Source of the DNA: Felis catus
Taxonomy: Eukaryota
DNA: 64,000 nucleotides
NCBI RefSeq assembly: GCF_018350175.1
Contig: NC_058369.1
Span: 4,712,001-4,776,000 of the forward strand
Direction of reading: 5' to 3'
The notes under the pieces: model-generated
What the model saw: the letters and a program-made list of their open reading frames with translations, nothing else
Told to the model about the DNA's origin: nothing
The model's database searches: none
Position numbers and translations under genes: made by a program
Shown here: positions 29,574 through 51,210 of the stretch, piece after piece
How positions within the stretch are numbered: position 1 is the stretch's first letter
Layout: every line of letters begins with the position of its first letter

Positions 29574-31596
29574 TTGCCATTTTAAGGCCCCAGTTGGTGG
29601 TAATTTACAGCCCTGGGCAAACAAATACCCTTGTGTAATTAGAGTACTGGAAAAATCCAAAGGGCTCATGAATGTGGATTTCTCACTGCCCCCACTTTAC
29701 AGCTATGGAAATTGAGGCTTAAAGAGGGAGTCACTTCCTGGTCTCCCGGAACTGCGTGGTGCGACGGAGGACGGCCCATGTCCCTCCCCTGCTGGGTAGT
29801 TTGAGGCGGTCCCCCCCCACCCCTTTTCAGCAAAAACCACAACGAAAGAGCTTAGAAAGTGTATCCTTTTGCTCTTTCCTTGGAAATAACACACACAGGC
29901 GGGGAGGTGAGACACGGTGTAGGTGGGAAGGGGAGGTGGGGGGGGGTCCTCCAGCCCCCTGAAACAACACAGCTCCTCTTTTGCAGTCCTCTAATGGGGT
30001 TCCCCAAAGACTTGGGAGGAGTGAAGGGAGGGGGTCCCCAGTTATGCTAAGCTCAGAATCCAACTATAAAGTGCAGAATGTACAGGGTAGTGGGGGGTGC
30101 TGGGGGGGGGGCTTGGGTTATTTGAGGGGGAAGGAATGTCTGCTCCTCTCTGGTAGAAAAATAGACGTAGACTGAGTTTGGGGATTTGGCCTGTTTGTTT
30201 TGCAGAAGCAGATGCTGGGCTCCAGGGAAGGCTAGTCCGGGTAGACTTCCTCCTGGCTCCCAACCCTGAAGCCTGGGGAGAGGCTGGCAGTGCTAGGGTG
30301 GGTTTGGGGGGGGGTCCCCTTAATGCGTCCCCAGCCTCAGACTGCCCCCTTGCCAGCCCCCAAGAAAGAGTGACTGGGGGTTATCGTTAGCCTAAAGGTG
30401 GGAAGGGGACGGAGGACATTGCAGAGCATTTCGGGGGAGCAGTTTCCCCAGGGGCCAGAGGCGTAGCCATGCTGGGTAGGTGGTGGGGGTGTCCAGCCTC
30501 TGTCTAGGGTGTGGGAGGGACCTCTCCTTCCTGTGCTGCCAGCTTTTAGATGGGTCAGGACTTTGGACAAGTCCCAAGAAGGAGGTCAGGACCTGGGCTT
30601 CCCGCAGGCTCCTTAGACCATGGGCTTTGTGTCACGGGGAGTGGGGAGGGCCCTGGGCTCTGGGGTGTGTCTGGGACGGGGGCGTGTGGGGTCCAGGATG
30701 TTGTGATTGGCCTATTGGGATCTATCTAGGCTTAGAGTCTGAGCGCTCAGGATCCAGTGCCTTGGGAGGATTCCGGTCAGAATCCAGGGGTTAAGGGGCT
30801 GGGATCCAGTGCTTGGAAGGGTCGGGGTCTCCTTCCTATGGGTGAGGTTTCAGCATCCAGTGCCTGTGGTGAAGGGGTTGGGGCCCAACAGCTGCAGTCG
30901 CCGGGACCCACGCGCTCTGCCGCTGGGCTCTCACATTGTGGATTTAGAAGCCAGGATCCAGCCGGTCAGGGCTTGGGAATCCGAGATCCGGTGGTTGGGG
31001 GTTGAGGGCGTAGTGGTTGAAATGTATGGAATCCAGTAGTCAAAGCGGAGGGATCCGGGACTCGGTGTCAAGGCAAAGGAATTCGGGAATCCAGTAGCTG
31101 GGGTGAGGGGATCTGGGATCCAGTGGCTGGGGCCCCGGGATCTAGGCATTGCATTGTCAGGATCCGGTGGCTGAGGCTTCTTGATATCCAGAATCCAGTG
31201 GCCGAGCTTGGAGATCCAGGGCTGGAAGCATGGGGATCTGGGATCCGCCAGCGGGTTTGGGGATCTAGGACCCGGTGCTGGATCTGGGGCCTGAGGGAGC
31301 TGGGGTCTGGGTGTTTAGATATGGTGGGATGTGGTCCTGTGGTTGGGTCACCAGGATCCATTAGTTGGGTTGTAGGGGATCCCCTGGTTAAGACATGGAG
31401 GCCCAGGACCCAGCGTGTGTGCGGGGGTGGGGAGGGGGCGGAAGCTGAGACGTGGGGAGCAGGACCCAGTGGATTAGGTGTAGGGATCCTGTGATATGGT
31501 GCGGGGGCCCTGGGGTCCATTGGCTGGGCCACCAGTCTCCAGTGGCTGAGGTGTGGGGGGGGTTTCATGATTGGGGTGGGGCAGGCTCTGGATCCC
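29574..31596 (-). other. SLC25A23: SLC25A23 3' UTR (about 2 kb; end probably in gap 29427-29573)
   Basis: Largely TE-free sequence following the stop codon. No AATAAA is visible before the N-gap. Confidence 0.55.
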
Positions 31597-41773
<10,177 letters not shown>

Positions 41774-42839
41774 GGCGCCCGGGGGGGAGGGGAGGCCCGG
41801 CAGCGGCGGCCTCAGCGGGGGCTTCGCGGCTCCCCCTCCCCCCCGGGGCCCCGCAGGGCCAGCTCCGCGGCCACGGCCACCGCAGCCTCCGCGCTGCCCG
41901 TCTGGCTCTGGCACTTGCAGGAGCCGGTGACTGCTAACCGTCGCCGCCCGCGCCGGAATTGGCGTCTCCTCCCCCGACCCGCATGGGGGGGGAGGGGGCC
42001 GGAGGCGGAGCTGCGGGTGTGGGGCGGTGTGTCGGGGATGCTCTGATATTGCACAGCCTAGGAAGCGCCAGGGTTCATTCTGGGGAGAGGGGCTGGAGAG
42101 ATCAATGGTCTCAATTCTGCTTTCAGAGTTCTGCCTTGCGTGCCTCAGTTTACCCTCTGCCCCAAGGGGCGAAGTAGAGAGATATCAGGGATTTGGTTTC
42201 GTAATCCCTTTCCACTTGACCTCCCTCCCCTACTAATCCTCTTTAGGCGCCAAAGTACTCGTTTTCAACCCAGACGTGCTCAAGAACCAACCCGAGGCCA
42301 TCCAGCCCTCCATCTGCCCGCCCGCTCATTTCACATCCCCCACTCGGCCGCAAAAACAGAAAATCAAGAGGCGGTGCTTTCTCCCGCAAGCTTTACATCC
42401 CTCCCGCGAGCCTCCTTTCTCTGTCCCACTTAGACTGGGAAACGGAAGATCAACTGGCGGCGCGGCTGCAGAGTCGGTTTCCTATTGGCCAGGACTGCTG
42501 GAGCTGCGCCCGCCCGCCCCACCTGGGCGGGGCTTCCGCGCAGACCTGGTGCCTTCTTGGGCCCCCGCGACTTCTGGCTGGCCTGGCCGTCTTAAAGGGG
42601 CCGCGGCAGGATCCGGTCGCTTGGCTGACTGCTCTCTCCAGACCAACCTGGGCCTCTCAGTATCCCAGGCTCGAGTGCCGACGGAGACCGGGAAGCCGAA
42701 CGCTGGAGGCGCGGCATCAGCCTGTCGCGCTCGCTGCACCTGCCGAAAGTCCCTCCCACTACTTTTGGGCGCAGTTTCTCGAGTCACCATTAGGGGGAGG
42801 GGCGGCCAGAAACACATTGGCGAAAAATAATAATAGCTA

Positions 42840-43040
42840 ACATTGACTCACGGCGTTGCACAAACCCAAGGCCTTTTTACTCACCTCTCGCGTCGTCCTC
42901 GCCAAAACTCTATAAGGTAGGTGGGTGGGACTGACTTTCCCACTTCACAGATGAGGAAACTGAGGTTAAACTGCTCTCCCCAGTCCACATGCCCACTACA
43001 GGGCAAAGCAGGGATTTAACTAGACCTGGAATTCTTACCC
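42840..43040. mobile_element. MIR fragment
   Basis: MIR core cccacttcacagatgaggaaactgagg. Confidence 0.7.
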
Positions 43041-43949
43041 ATCGCTCTATACTCTAAAAGTGATTAATTTCCCCTTAGCCGCTACTCTTCACCCTAGAGT
43101 TCCCAGGAGGTGGTGGTCTTATCATCATCGTCCTTTATCCAAAAATACAGCCATGAGGACCCATTTAGTCCTGCCCAGCCAGTGCTCAAATAGGTGCGTC
43201 CCAGACAAAGGAGCCTCTTCTTGAAGGTCCCCTAGGTGGTCTTCCTAGGTGGTCCTTGCAGGTGCCCTTCAACATGGGGAATACAGATGTTTTCCCACAG
43301 AAATGCCCCCAACAGGTGTTTTCTCACGGAAACATCCCTAGCAGGTGGGCCTCAATACACAGAAGCCTTTGTCCCGCCGCGCCCCCCCCCCACCTGCCCC
43401 GCGCGCCCCGCCGTCTGCTTTAATATGACTTGTCTCATGCAGATGTTCTCAGGTCTTTTTTCTCACTTGATCTCAATTCTATGCAGATAGAATTGAGATC
43501 ATACAGCCTATACCCTTCATTTCACAGGTATGTTTCTCAACAGAAATCCACTCAAGAATGCATCATACAGCTCCCCTCCCCCCGCCTCCCCCCAAAGGCA
43601 TGTTGCGGTTAAGTATACACCCATATGGGCACGTTTCCGTGTCACTGGGTCCTATAAGGTGTACTTAAACGCGGACGTGTCTCGTGCAGCTCTTTCCGAT
43701 ACATTTCTACGCAGGAATTGTTCATACAAACGTTGTTCATTTCATAGGGGAGCCATGCAGATGCGTTTCCTAAACAAACGTACCCTAACCCAGACGGCCG
43801 CGGTCAGGTGTTACAACGCAGGCGTGTTCTACGCAGCCGTTTCCCACACAGGTATGCTTCCGTTCGTCTACACTCCAGAGATGTGGCTCAACGCACACGT
43901 CTCCCACAGGTGTGCCCGCAACATAGGTGGGAGGTCCCTCTTACCCTAG

Positions 43950-44750
43950 CTCGCTTCCGCCCCTACTTACTCCTTGCTGTTGTAGAATTAGGTTCCCGTT
44001 ACAGGTGCGTCCCTGGCGCGGCCCCACCCCCGTTCGGCTCCGCCCTCCCATCTGGGCTCAGGTGCACGAGCCGGAAGTGCGCTCCTCTCCCAGGTGAGTG
44101 ACTAAACTTTCCGGGTCACGTGAACGGGAGGAGCTGAAGGAGTCCGACCGAGCTACCGACCGACGCACCGAGGGTTCGAGCCAGGTACTCGGACCGGGCA
44201 CCGGAGCAAGGTCGAAGACGCCTGGGCCAGGTAGGGAGGTAGGACGCTCGCCTTGGCCTGCCGCCCCTTCCCCCCCACTTTCCTCTTCCCTTTCCCCGGC
44301 CCGGGAACGCGCCGCTCCGAGTTAATCTTTAATCTCTGACCTCTGGCGGCGGGGGCGGGGCAGGACTCCGGGGTGCCCTGGGCGGGTCACCCCTCCCCTG
44401 GGCCTGCGCCCGAGCCCAGCCCCCTCCCCCACCCCACCCCCGGCCTTTCTCTTTCTCCCGCCCCAGGTGCCGGGTCGCAGGTACCCCTGGCCCGAGATGC
44501 GGTAGAAACAGCGCGCAGGAGACGCCCGGTTCCCGGTGCCACCAGCCCGTCGCCCGGCCCATGGCGAGCCCCGGCCTGGGGCTGCTTCTGGCGCTCGGCC
44601 TGCAGCTGCTGCCCGCCCGCTGGGGCCGGGCCTGGGGGCAAAGTAGGTACCGGCCCGGGGCGCGCACGGGGCGGGGCTTGGAAGCGCGGGTTACCTGGGA
44701 CCCGGAGAGGTCAGGAACTGGGGAGCGGGCATGGGATACCTTGAGAGGCG
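43950..44750 (+). promoter_or_regulatory. CRB3 CpG-island promoter and non-coding first exon(s)
   Basis: ETS site CCGGAAGT (44071), GTCACGTGA E-box (44115) and GC boxes. Candidate donors CAG|GTGAGT (44093), CAG|GTACTC (44184) and CAG|GTAGGG (44230); acceptor at 44466. Confidence 0.7.
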
Positions 44751-45934
44751 ATCAGTGCTAGGGGTTTCCTTGGGCTGTCGCCGTTGGTGTAGAATTCCTG
44801 AGTCCCTGAGGAAGGGGGAATTGTGATCTGGGGGACAGGAAGCTCTATACCTGAGTCTCAGTGCGGCTGAGGTGTGTTGGGCAGACTGGGAGCCAGGAAG
44901 AGGCCTGCCTGGAGCTCTGATCCCGGGTTCACCAGGCTGGCCAGAGGTGTGGACTCAGCCATTCAGTCCTTCTATTTCAGTTTCGAGAGCCTGGGGGGAG
45001 GTGTGAGTCAGACACTCCAGGGAAACGCAGATCCACCCAGATCCTTAAGGGCCAGGGAGGGCCGGAGAGGTGGGGGGGTGGGGGGGCGGGGGGGGGGGGA
45101 GGGCAGGGTCAGGCTCCAGACACCATCCATTATAGCAGACCCCAACTCAGCACAAACTGCAAACTGCTGTAGGCTGCTTACTCGCTGCGGGGCTCTGCTG
45201 GGTTCGGGGCAACATCAACCCGGCGGGCCCTTGCAGGCAGGGCACCCACAGTCTCTACCAGAATGAAGACTCAGCAGAGTTCTAGCCGAGGGATGCCCGA
45301 GGGAGGTGCAGTTGTGCTAAGATGGGAAGGATAGATGAGGAATAATTTGTCCCTCCCCGCAGCGCTGGACCCCCCCGTAAATGACAACAGCACCATCACA
45401 CCCTCTGACCCGGGCTCCGGCTCCCATGGGGCGCTGGTGAGTTACATGTGGGAGGAGGGCAGCGGGGTGTTATTCAGGAGTCCCACATGTAGCAGGTGGA
45501 GGGACCCAGAGGTGGCGGGTGCTTGGGAGGGGGGATCCCAAACATGGCAGGTGGGAGCCTGGGAGCCCCAGATGGGACAGATGGGACGTGGGAATCCTGG
45601 GTGGAGGAACCACACCACCAGAAGTGACAGGCTGGGGGGGGGCGCTTTGGGAGCCCTGGATGTTTCTCAGGTGAGGGTGGACAGGGTCCCCTGGCTCAGG
45701 TGAGCACACCTGTCCCTCCTCCTGCAGTCTCAGGAGGCTATCACCGCCATCATTGTGGTCTTCTCCCTCCTGGCCGCCTCGCTCCTGGCCGTGGGGCTGG
45801 TGCTGCTGGTTCGAAAACTTCGGGAGAAGCGGCAGACACAGGGCACCTACCGGCCCAGCAGCGAGGAGCAGGTGGGTGCCCGCGTGCCGCCGCCCCCCAA
45901 CCTCAAGCTGCCGCCGGAGGAGCGGCTCATCTGA
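44561..45934 (+). CDS. CRB3: Crumbs homolog 3, isoform A (C-terminal ERLI PDZ-binding motif), 120 aa
   Basis: Coding exons 44561-44642, 45363-45436, 45728-45934 total 363 nt. Signal peptide MASPGLGLLLALGL..., N-glycosylation site NST, transmembrane helix, FERM-binding GTYRPSSEEQ, ends PPEERLI*. Confidence 0.96.
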
Positions 45935-46221
45935 ATGCCGGGGCCCCGTTGCCGCCTCCACCGCTGCCCAGGACTGCCCGGCGCTCGCTCACACACAGCA
46001 GCCGCCACCGAGGAAACAGCCTCTGATGGTTCAGGAGGACTTGGGGGGCCACGGGGCACCTGCCTGGTGGGCTCGGTGAAGCATGCCACCTTTGCTTGAC
46101 TGCCTGCAACTGGGGGGTGCCGGGGCTGGGGGCCCGCCTCCCCGCTTGCTGCACCACCTTCGCTCGGCTGTCTAGCCCGCTGCCACACAGGCCCAACAAA
46201 TCCCCTCTCCTTTCCTTCCAG

Positions 46222-46293
46222 TTCTCCCACGCAGCCGAGGCCCGGGCTCCCCAGGACTCCAAGGAGACAGTGCGGGGCTGCCTGCCCATCTAG
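46222..46293 (+). CDS. CRB3: CRB3 isoform B alternative last exon (CLPI C-terminus)
   Basis: Internal donor CAG|GTGGGT after 45871; acceptor ccttcCAG at 46219-46221. Encodes FSHAAEARAPQDSKETVRGCLPI*. Confidence 0.92.
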   Translation, partial: FSHAAEARAPQDSKETVRGCLPI

Positions 46294-46301
46294 GTCCCTT
46301 T

Positions 46302-46305
<4 letters not shown>

Positions 46306-46338
<33 letters not shown>

Positions 46339-46462
46339 GTGACCTTGGGGGAAGGCAGAGCCCTCTCTGGGCAATCAAACCTACCTAGTGCTTAAGAATA
46401 GAAGGGAGGAAGGTGCTTCAAAGACTCTGCCCCTGAGGGGAAGGGAGGGTGGTGCTGCTTAC

Positions 46463-46501
<39 letters not shown>

Positions 46502-46510
46502 GTATATACA
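46306..46510. repeat. (CT)n and (TA)n microsatellites in the CRB3 3' UTR
   Basis: (CT)n at about 46306-46333; (TA)n at about 46469-46499. Confidence 0.9.
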
Positions 46511-46530
46511 TAAATCCCATAGTGAGATAT

Positions 46531-46536
46531 AATAAA
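46531..46536 (+). terminator. CRB3 poly(A) signal AATAAA
   Basis: AATAAA followed by a T-run. Confidence 0.75.
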
Positions 46537-46797
46537 ACCTTTTTTTTTTTTTTTTAAGCCGGTGGGGCAGGAGTCAGTCTAGATGGAGAGGACAAACTCA
46601 GGGCTCATAGGCTGTTGAGAGATGAATTGTAAGGGTGCAAGAATCCAGGGGGGGCTTCCTGGAAGGGAGGGGCTTCCTGCTGCACCTGGGAGCCAGCTGG
46701 AGGAGGAGGAGGAAGGTGGCGGATGGGGTACGTTTCTGAGCACAGAGAGGGCCCCCAGATAAACTCACCAGGAAAACCAGCTTTGGGCTCATGTGGC

Positions 46798-46803
46798 TTT
46801 ATT
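46798..46803 (-). terminator. DENND1C poly(A) signal AATAAA
   Basis: TTTATT only 33 nt beyond the stop codon. Confidence 0.6.
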
Positions 46804-46836
46804 GAAGGACCAGGGTCTCCTCTGGGACCCTGATTC

Positions 46837-49800
46837 TTAACCTTCAAAACACTTTTTAAGCTCAGCGACTCTGGGCCGGCTCCTAGCCTGGGACTCCTGC
46901 CAGTCGCTGTCGGGTGCAGCAGGGGGCCTGAGGGCTCCTGGCCCCTTGGGGCACTGGAAATGAGCATGTTCTGCCAGCATGACCTCAGATGGCTGGGGCC
47001 TGGGGTTCTCTGGGGAACCAGGATCTGAGGAAGAATCAAGGGGCTCAAGGGGTTGGGATGTCCAGGTAATATCCAAGTTGGGCTTTGTGGGGACCAGAAG
47101 TTGGGGGCTTTCTGGAGGGCTGGACTGGGTGGGTGCTGTGGACAGCTGAGAGCAGGGGCTCTCCTGGGCTCTGGGGTCTTCAGCTGCCTTGCGGGGAGGG
47201 GAGAGATGTAGGATGAGAAGACTGGACTCGGGGTCCCCTGGGCTGCTGGGGTCTGCAGAAGCTGGTGGAGGCAGCTGGTGAAGGATGGCTTCTTGGCTGG
47301 CCTCCAAGGCTGGCTGGGAAATAGGGTCCTTTGAGGAGGTCGCGGCATCCGAAGACTGGAGGGTTTGCTGAGATGGCAGGTCCGCAGGCAGGGACAGGGG
47401 CTGGGGCTCTGGAAGTTTCTCATCGTCTGGTTGCCATCTTGGTCTTTCCGCTATGTCAGGCTGGGTGGGGGTAGGGGAACGGGCAAGTTGCTGGCCTTCA
47501 GATGCTGGGGAAGGCTGACAAGTCCGATGGACTTTTGGCAGGGGGGTTGGACGGGGGCTGGGGCTCTCACCAAGCTGAAGCAGCCGTCCGTGTCCTCTCT
47601 GTGACAGCAGTCCAAGCTCTGGCTGGGCCGCAGGCTCCCTGTCCTGCTGGCTCCCAGGCTCAGACTGTCCAGAATCTCGCCCAGCAAATCTAGTTCTTCT
47701 CCAGACCCCAGGAAGCTGCTGTCCAGAGCCTCCTCTGCCCATGGGTCCTGGGCCTCCTCAGGGCTCCGAGCAGGTGTCCTGGGTAAGGATGGGCAGCCCC
47801 AGATGTCTGCCCAAGACCCCTAGTCCTAATGGGACTGCTCTGGAGGTTCTGGAGTTTAGGGACCTGGCCTCCCTGCCCCCTCCCCCTGCCTTTGAGTCTC
47901 ACCCTTCCTCCCGGGACTCGGAAGGTCTCTCTTCTAGTCGCCGTCTCCTGCTGGGGCGAAGGGGCCGGTTCTGCGAAGGACAGATTTGGAGGGTGGGGCC
48001 TCAGGAACTACAGGTTTCTGGAGGAGGGTGTGTGGTAAGTGGGCACCGAACACTGGGGTAGGTGAGCATGTGAGCAAGAAGTCTGGGTGTAGACAGAATG
48101 GGAGAAGGACAAGGTGGCGTTAGTGTCGCAGGGTGCTGGGGGAGACGCACTTACCTTTCCAAAGTGCTGGGTGATAGGCAGGCGCTGTTGCAGGCGATCT
48201 GAGCGGCTGGTGAGGGACGGGGCTCTCAGGGAGCCCCCCCTTTGCCGGCTAGAGTCCCCATCCTAGGAAGAGGGTGGGTGAGCCGGGTGGGTGAGCCCTT
48301 CTCCACTGCCCCGGCCGTTGGCCACCGGCCTTACCTTGTACATCAGAAGGCTGTGCACACCCTTCAAGCCGCTCTTGGCCTACGGAGGAGCCACAAAGAG
48401 AATTAGACTCCGCAGTGCTTTGAACCTGGGCAGTCAAGAGCTCGGCTCTCCGTCCCCTAGGATCACTGTCCTGCCATCTGTTCACGTTTGTGCTACACGG
48501 ACCACCTGAGAAGTCAACACAGACTCACCCCTTGCCTAATAGAAACGAATTCCTAGAGGACATAACCACCGAACGAAACGGAGAGTGGCAAACACAGAAC
48601 ACTGTAAGTGGTGTCAGCATTCAAGAGACCAGCAACAGATAAGACCCAAGGGACAATTCGGTGCGGCAGAGGTTGGCCACAGGAAACTTGGGGGCTCGGG
48701 AGAAAAAGAAACACAAGGGCAGAGGCTGGGACCGTAGTGTCTGAGGACAAAAGATGTTCGCCAATGAATCTTGGTCGTCAGTTTTCAGCGGGGAAGAAAT
48801 GATCCTGGCAGAAATGAGCAGGTAACCGGAAATTAAAAGCGCGAAGACTTATTTAACTGCCGGCTTGCTTCTGGTCAAAAGACATGTTTGCACTTTGCAT
48901 GTGAGGTTAAAATGTCCTGTCCCCACGAGGGGTTGCCATGTGCCTTGTCCCCTGGTCTTCGTGACCCCCGCTCGGTGGCCTGTGTCGTGTAGCCTCACCG
49001 AGCGGTACATGTTTTTGACAGCTGGTTGAGTCTTGGCCTTGACCGAATGCAGGAGAGCACCGCCACCTTTCTGGGGAGACAGAATGGCAAGGGAGAGAGC
49101 CTTGGGCCTCTGGGGTTACCCCAGACTCCACCTCGTCACCCCAGCTGTGTGAGGCTGGACGAGCCCCTCTCCCTAGCTGAGTCTCCATTTCTTCTGTCTA
49201 TAAATGAGCGTAACGGTGACCCTCCCTGGGGGCTGTTACGGGGCTAAGTTAATCCCATAATAAACACTAAGAGTGCGGTGTTCTACCTTTAGGTTGTCTG
49301 CCCAGAGCTGGTAGGAGTAAACAGCGCCTGCAGCGAGGAGAGGGGTGGTCACGGCTGGCGGGCGGGCTCAGGCGGGGGTGCTGGTGGGGCGGGGCTCCGG
49401 GCTAGACCCAGGGCTCACCTGAGGAGGCCCCATTGCAGGTGATCTCCTGCTCAAAGAGATCTGAGAAGCCCTCTCCTGTGTTCAGCTTCTCCAGTCGGCC
49501 TTCGATGAACTGGGGGTGGGGGAAGGGTCAGAAAAGGGCTGCCTCCGCCACTTTTGAATTGGAGGACCCGGGATTCTGCCGGCCCTGCATCCCTGGCCTC
49601 CGGGCCATCCCTGGCCCCTCCAAGGGACTCGCCTCCGGGACCCAGGAGTCTGGAGGCGCCTCAGGAAGCCAGGAAACCTCCCCCCACCCCGCACCAAGTC
49701 AGGACCAGTCCGGGACCAGACCCCGCCCCTCATAGGGATCCGGAAGTGGGACTCTGACACTCCCGACAGGCCTCCCCCCAAGTCGACCCCACCTTCAGGG

Positions 49801-51173
49801 ACCCGAGAACCCATCCCTACACTGATGGACCCTGGAGTCCAGCCCACCTCCCAAGAACCCCAGAAATCGGGCTCCGCATCTCCTCCACGTCCCGATAACC
49901 CAGGAGTCCCCGCCCACCTCCTCTCCGGCAAGGGGAGGGCGCACTCAGGACACGCCTCCTTCAGAGTCCCGCACTTACACCCACCCACCCCTGACCCTGG
50001 ATACTCCATCCTCAGGGACCCAGGAATTTAGTCCCACCCTAATCTCCCCAGGAACCTGGGACTAGATCTTATCCCTCGGGAGCCCAGGAGTCAGGGGCTC
50101 CCATCTTTAGCGACACAGTTCAGTCATGCCTCCCCCACCCGGGGACCCTGAGGGCGGGACCCCCAGCTGGACCGACTCTAGTCTCGCCCATGGAACCCAG
50201 GCATCCGCCCCTCGGGGTCCGGCTCGCTCCCAGGGACCCAGGGTTGTCCTCCCCAGCCCCTACTTAGCCCCGCCCCCGGCCCCAGCCCCGCCCTCAGGGT
50301 TCTGGAGCACCTGTTTGAACAGCTGCAGGTGCACAGCCCTCCGATGGAAGGCCTGCAGGGGCGCCCCCGGCTTCTGGGCCAGGAAGGCCTCTTCACTGAA
50401 GGTCACAGGCTGACCCTAGAAAAAAAAAGACCCGTGACCTGATCTTCCCGTGGCTCTCCTGGACCCCAACTGTCTCCCTTATTGGCTCACATATCTATGT
50501 AGCAAGGTTGAGCGCCTACTGTGTGCCTGATCTTGCACAGCGTCTCGTGGGCCGCAGGGAGATGGGAGCCTTTGAGGAGGAGGAGGGCGGGACCTGACTC
50601 AGGTGCTCACCATGGGGGAGGACACACAGTAGGGGGCGAGGGTGGGAGCCCCTTGAGAGTGAACACAAGGGAGATGAAAGTCCTAATCCAGGCGAGCAAT
50701 CATGGGGGCCAGAGCAGGGTGGAGACAGAGGAGGGGAGAAATGGGCAGATTTGGGATGTGGTGTAAAGGCAGAGCCAACAGGAATGTCAGATGCTCACAC
50801 GATAGACCCCCCCCCCCAATTTTTAGAATAGTTGTGAAAACAGGGGTGGGGGGAAGTTTGAGAGTCAGCAGATCCTGAAGTCCTGGCTTCAACACTCACC
50901 TGCTGTGGGACTTCTCCAAGCCTTGGTTTCCTCATAAGTAAAATGGGACCATAATGGTATCTAGCTTATCACACTCTTGTGAGCATTAGTGAGATCATAG
51001 TAACAGAAAAACCTAGCATTTATTGAGTGTTCACGATGTGCTAGGCACTACCCGAACATGTTGCATATGCCCATTCACTGACTCACCTGACCCTTTCGTG
51101 TGGGTGCTAGTGGGATCCCATTTTACAGATGGGCAAACAGAGGCACAGAGTAAGTGCTCCATAAAGGCTAGGC

Positions 51174-51210
<37 letters not shown>

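Noticed and set aside
30715-31596. CRISPR-like repeat/spacer appearance of the GGATCC and 34.7-kb arrays
   Set aside because: Eukaryotic context, repeats too short or degenerate, irregular spacing and no cas genes.
41774-41914. In-frame GTG-initiated N-terminal extension of SLC25A23
   Set aside because: Stop-free frames are expected in a CpG island, and the ATG at 41773 has a strong Kozak context (GCCATG).
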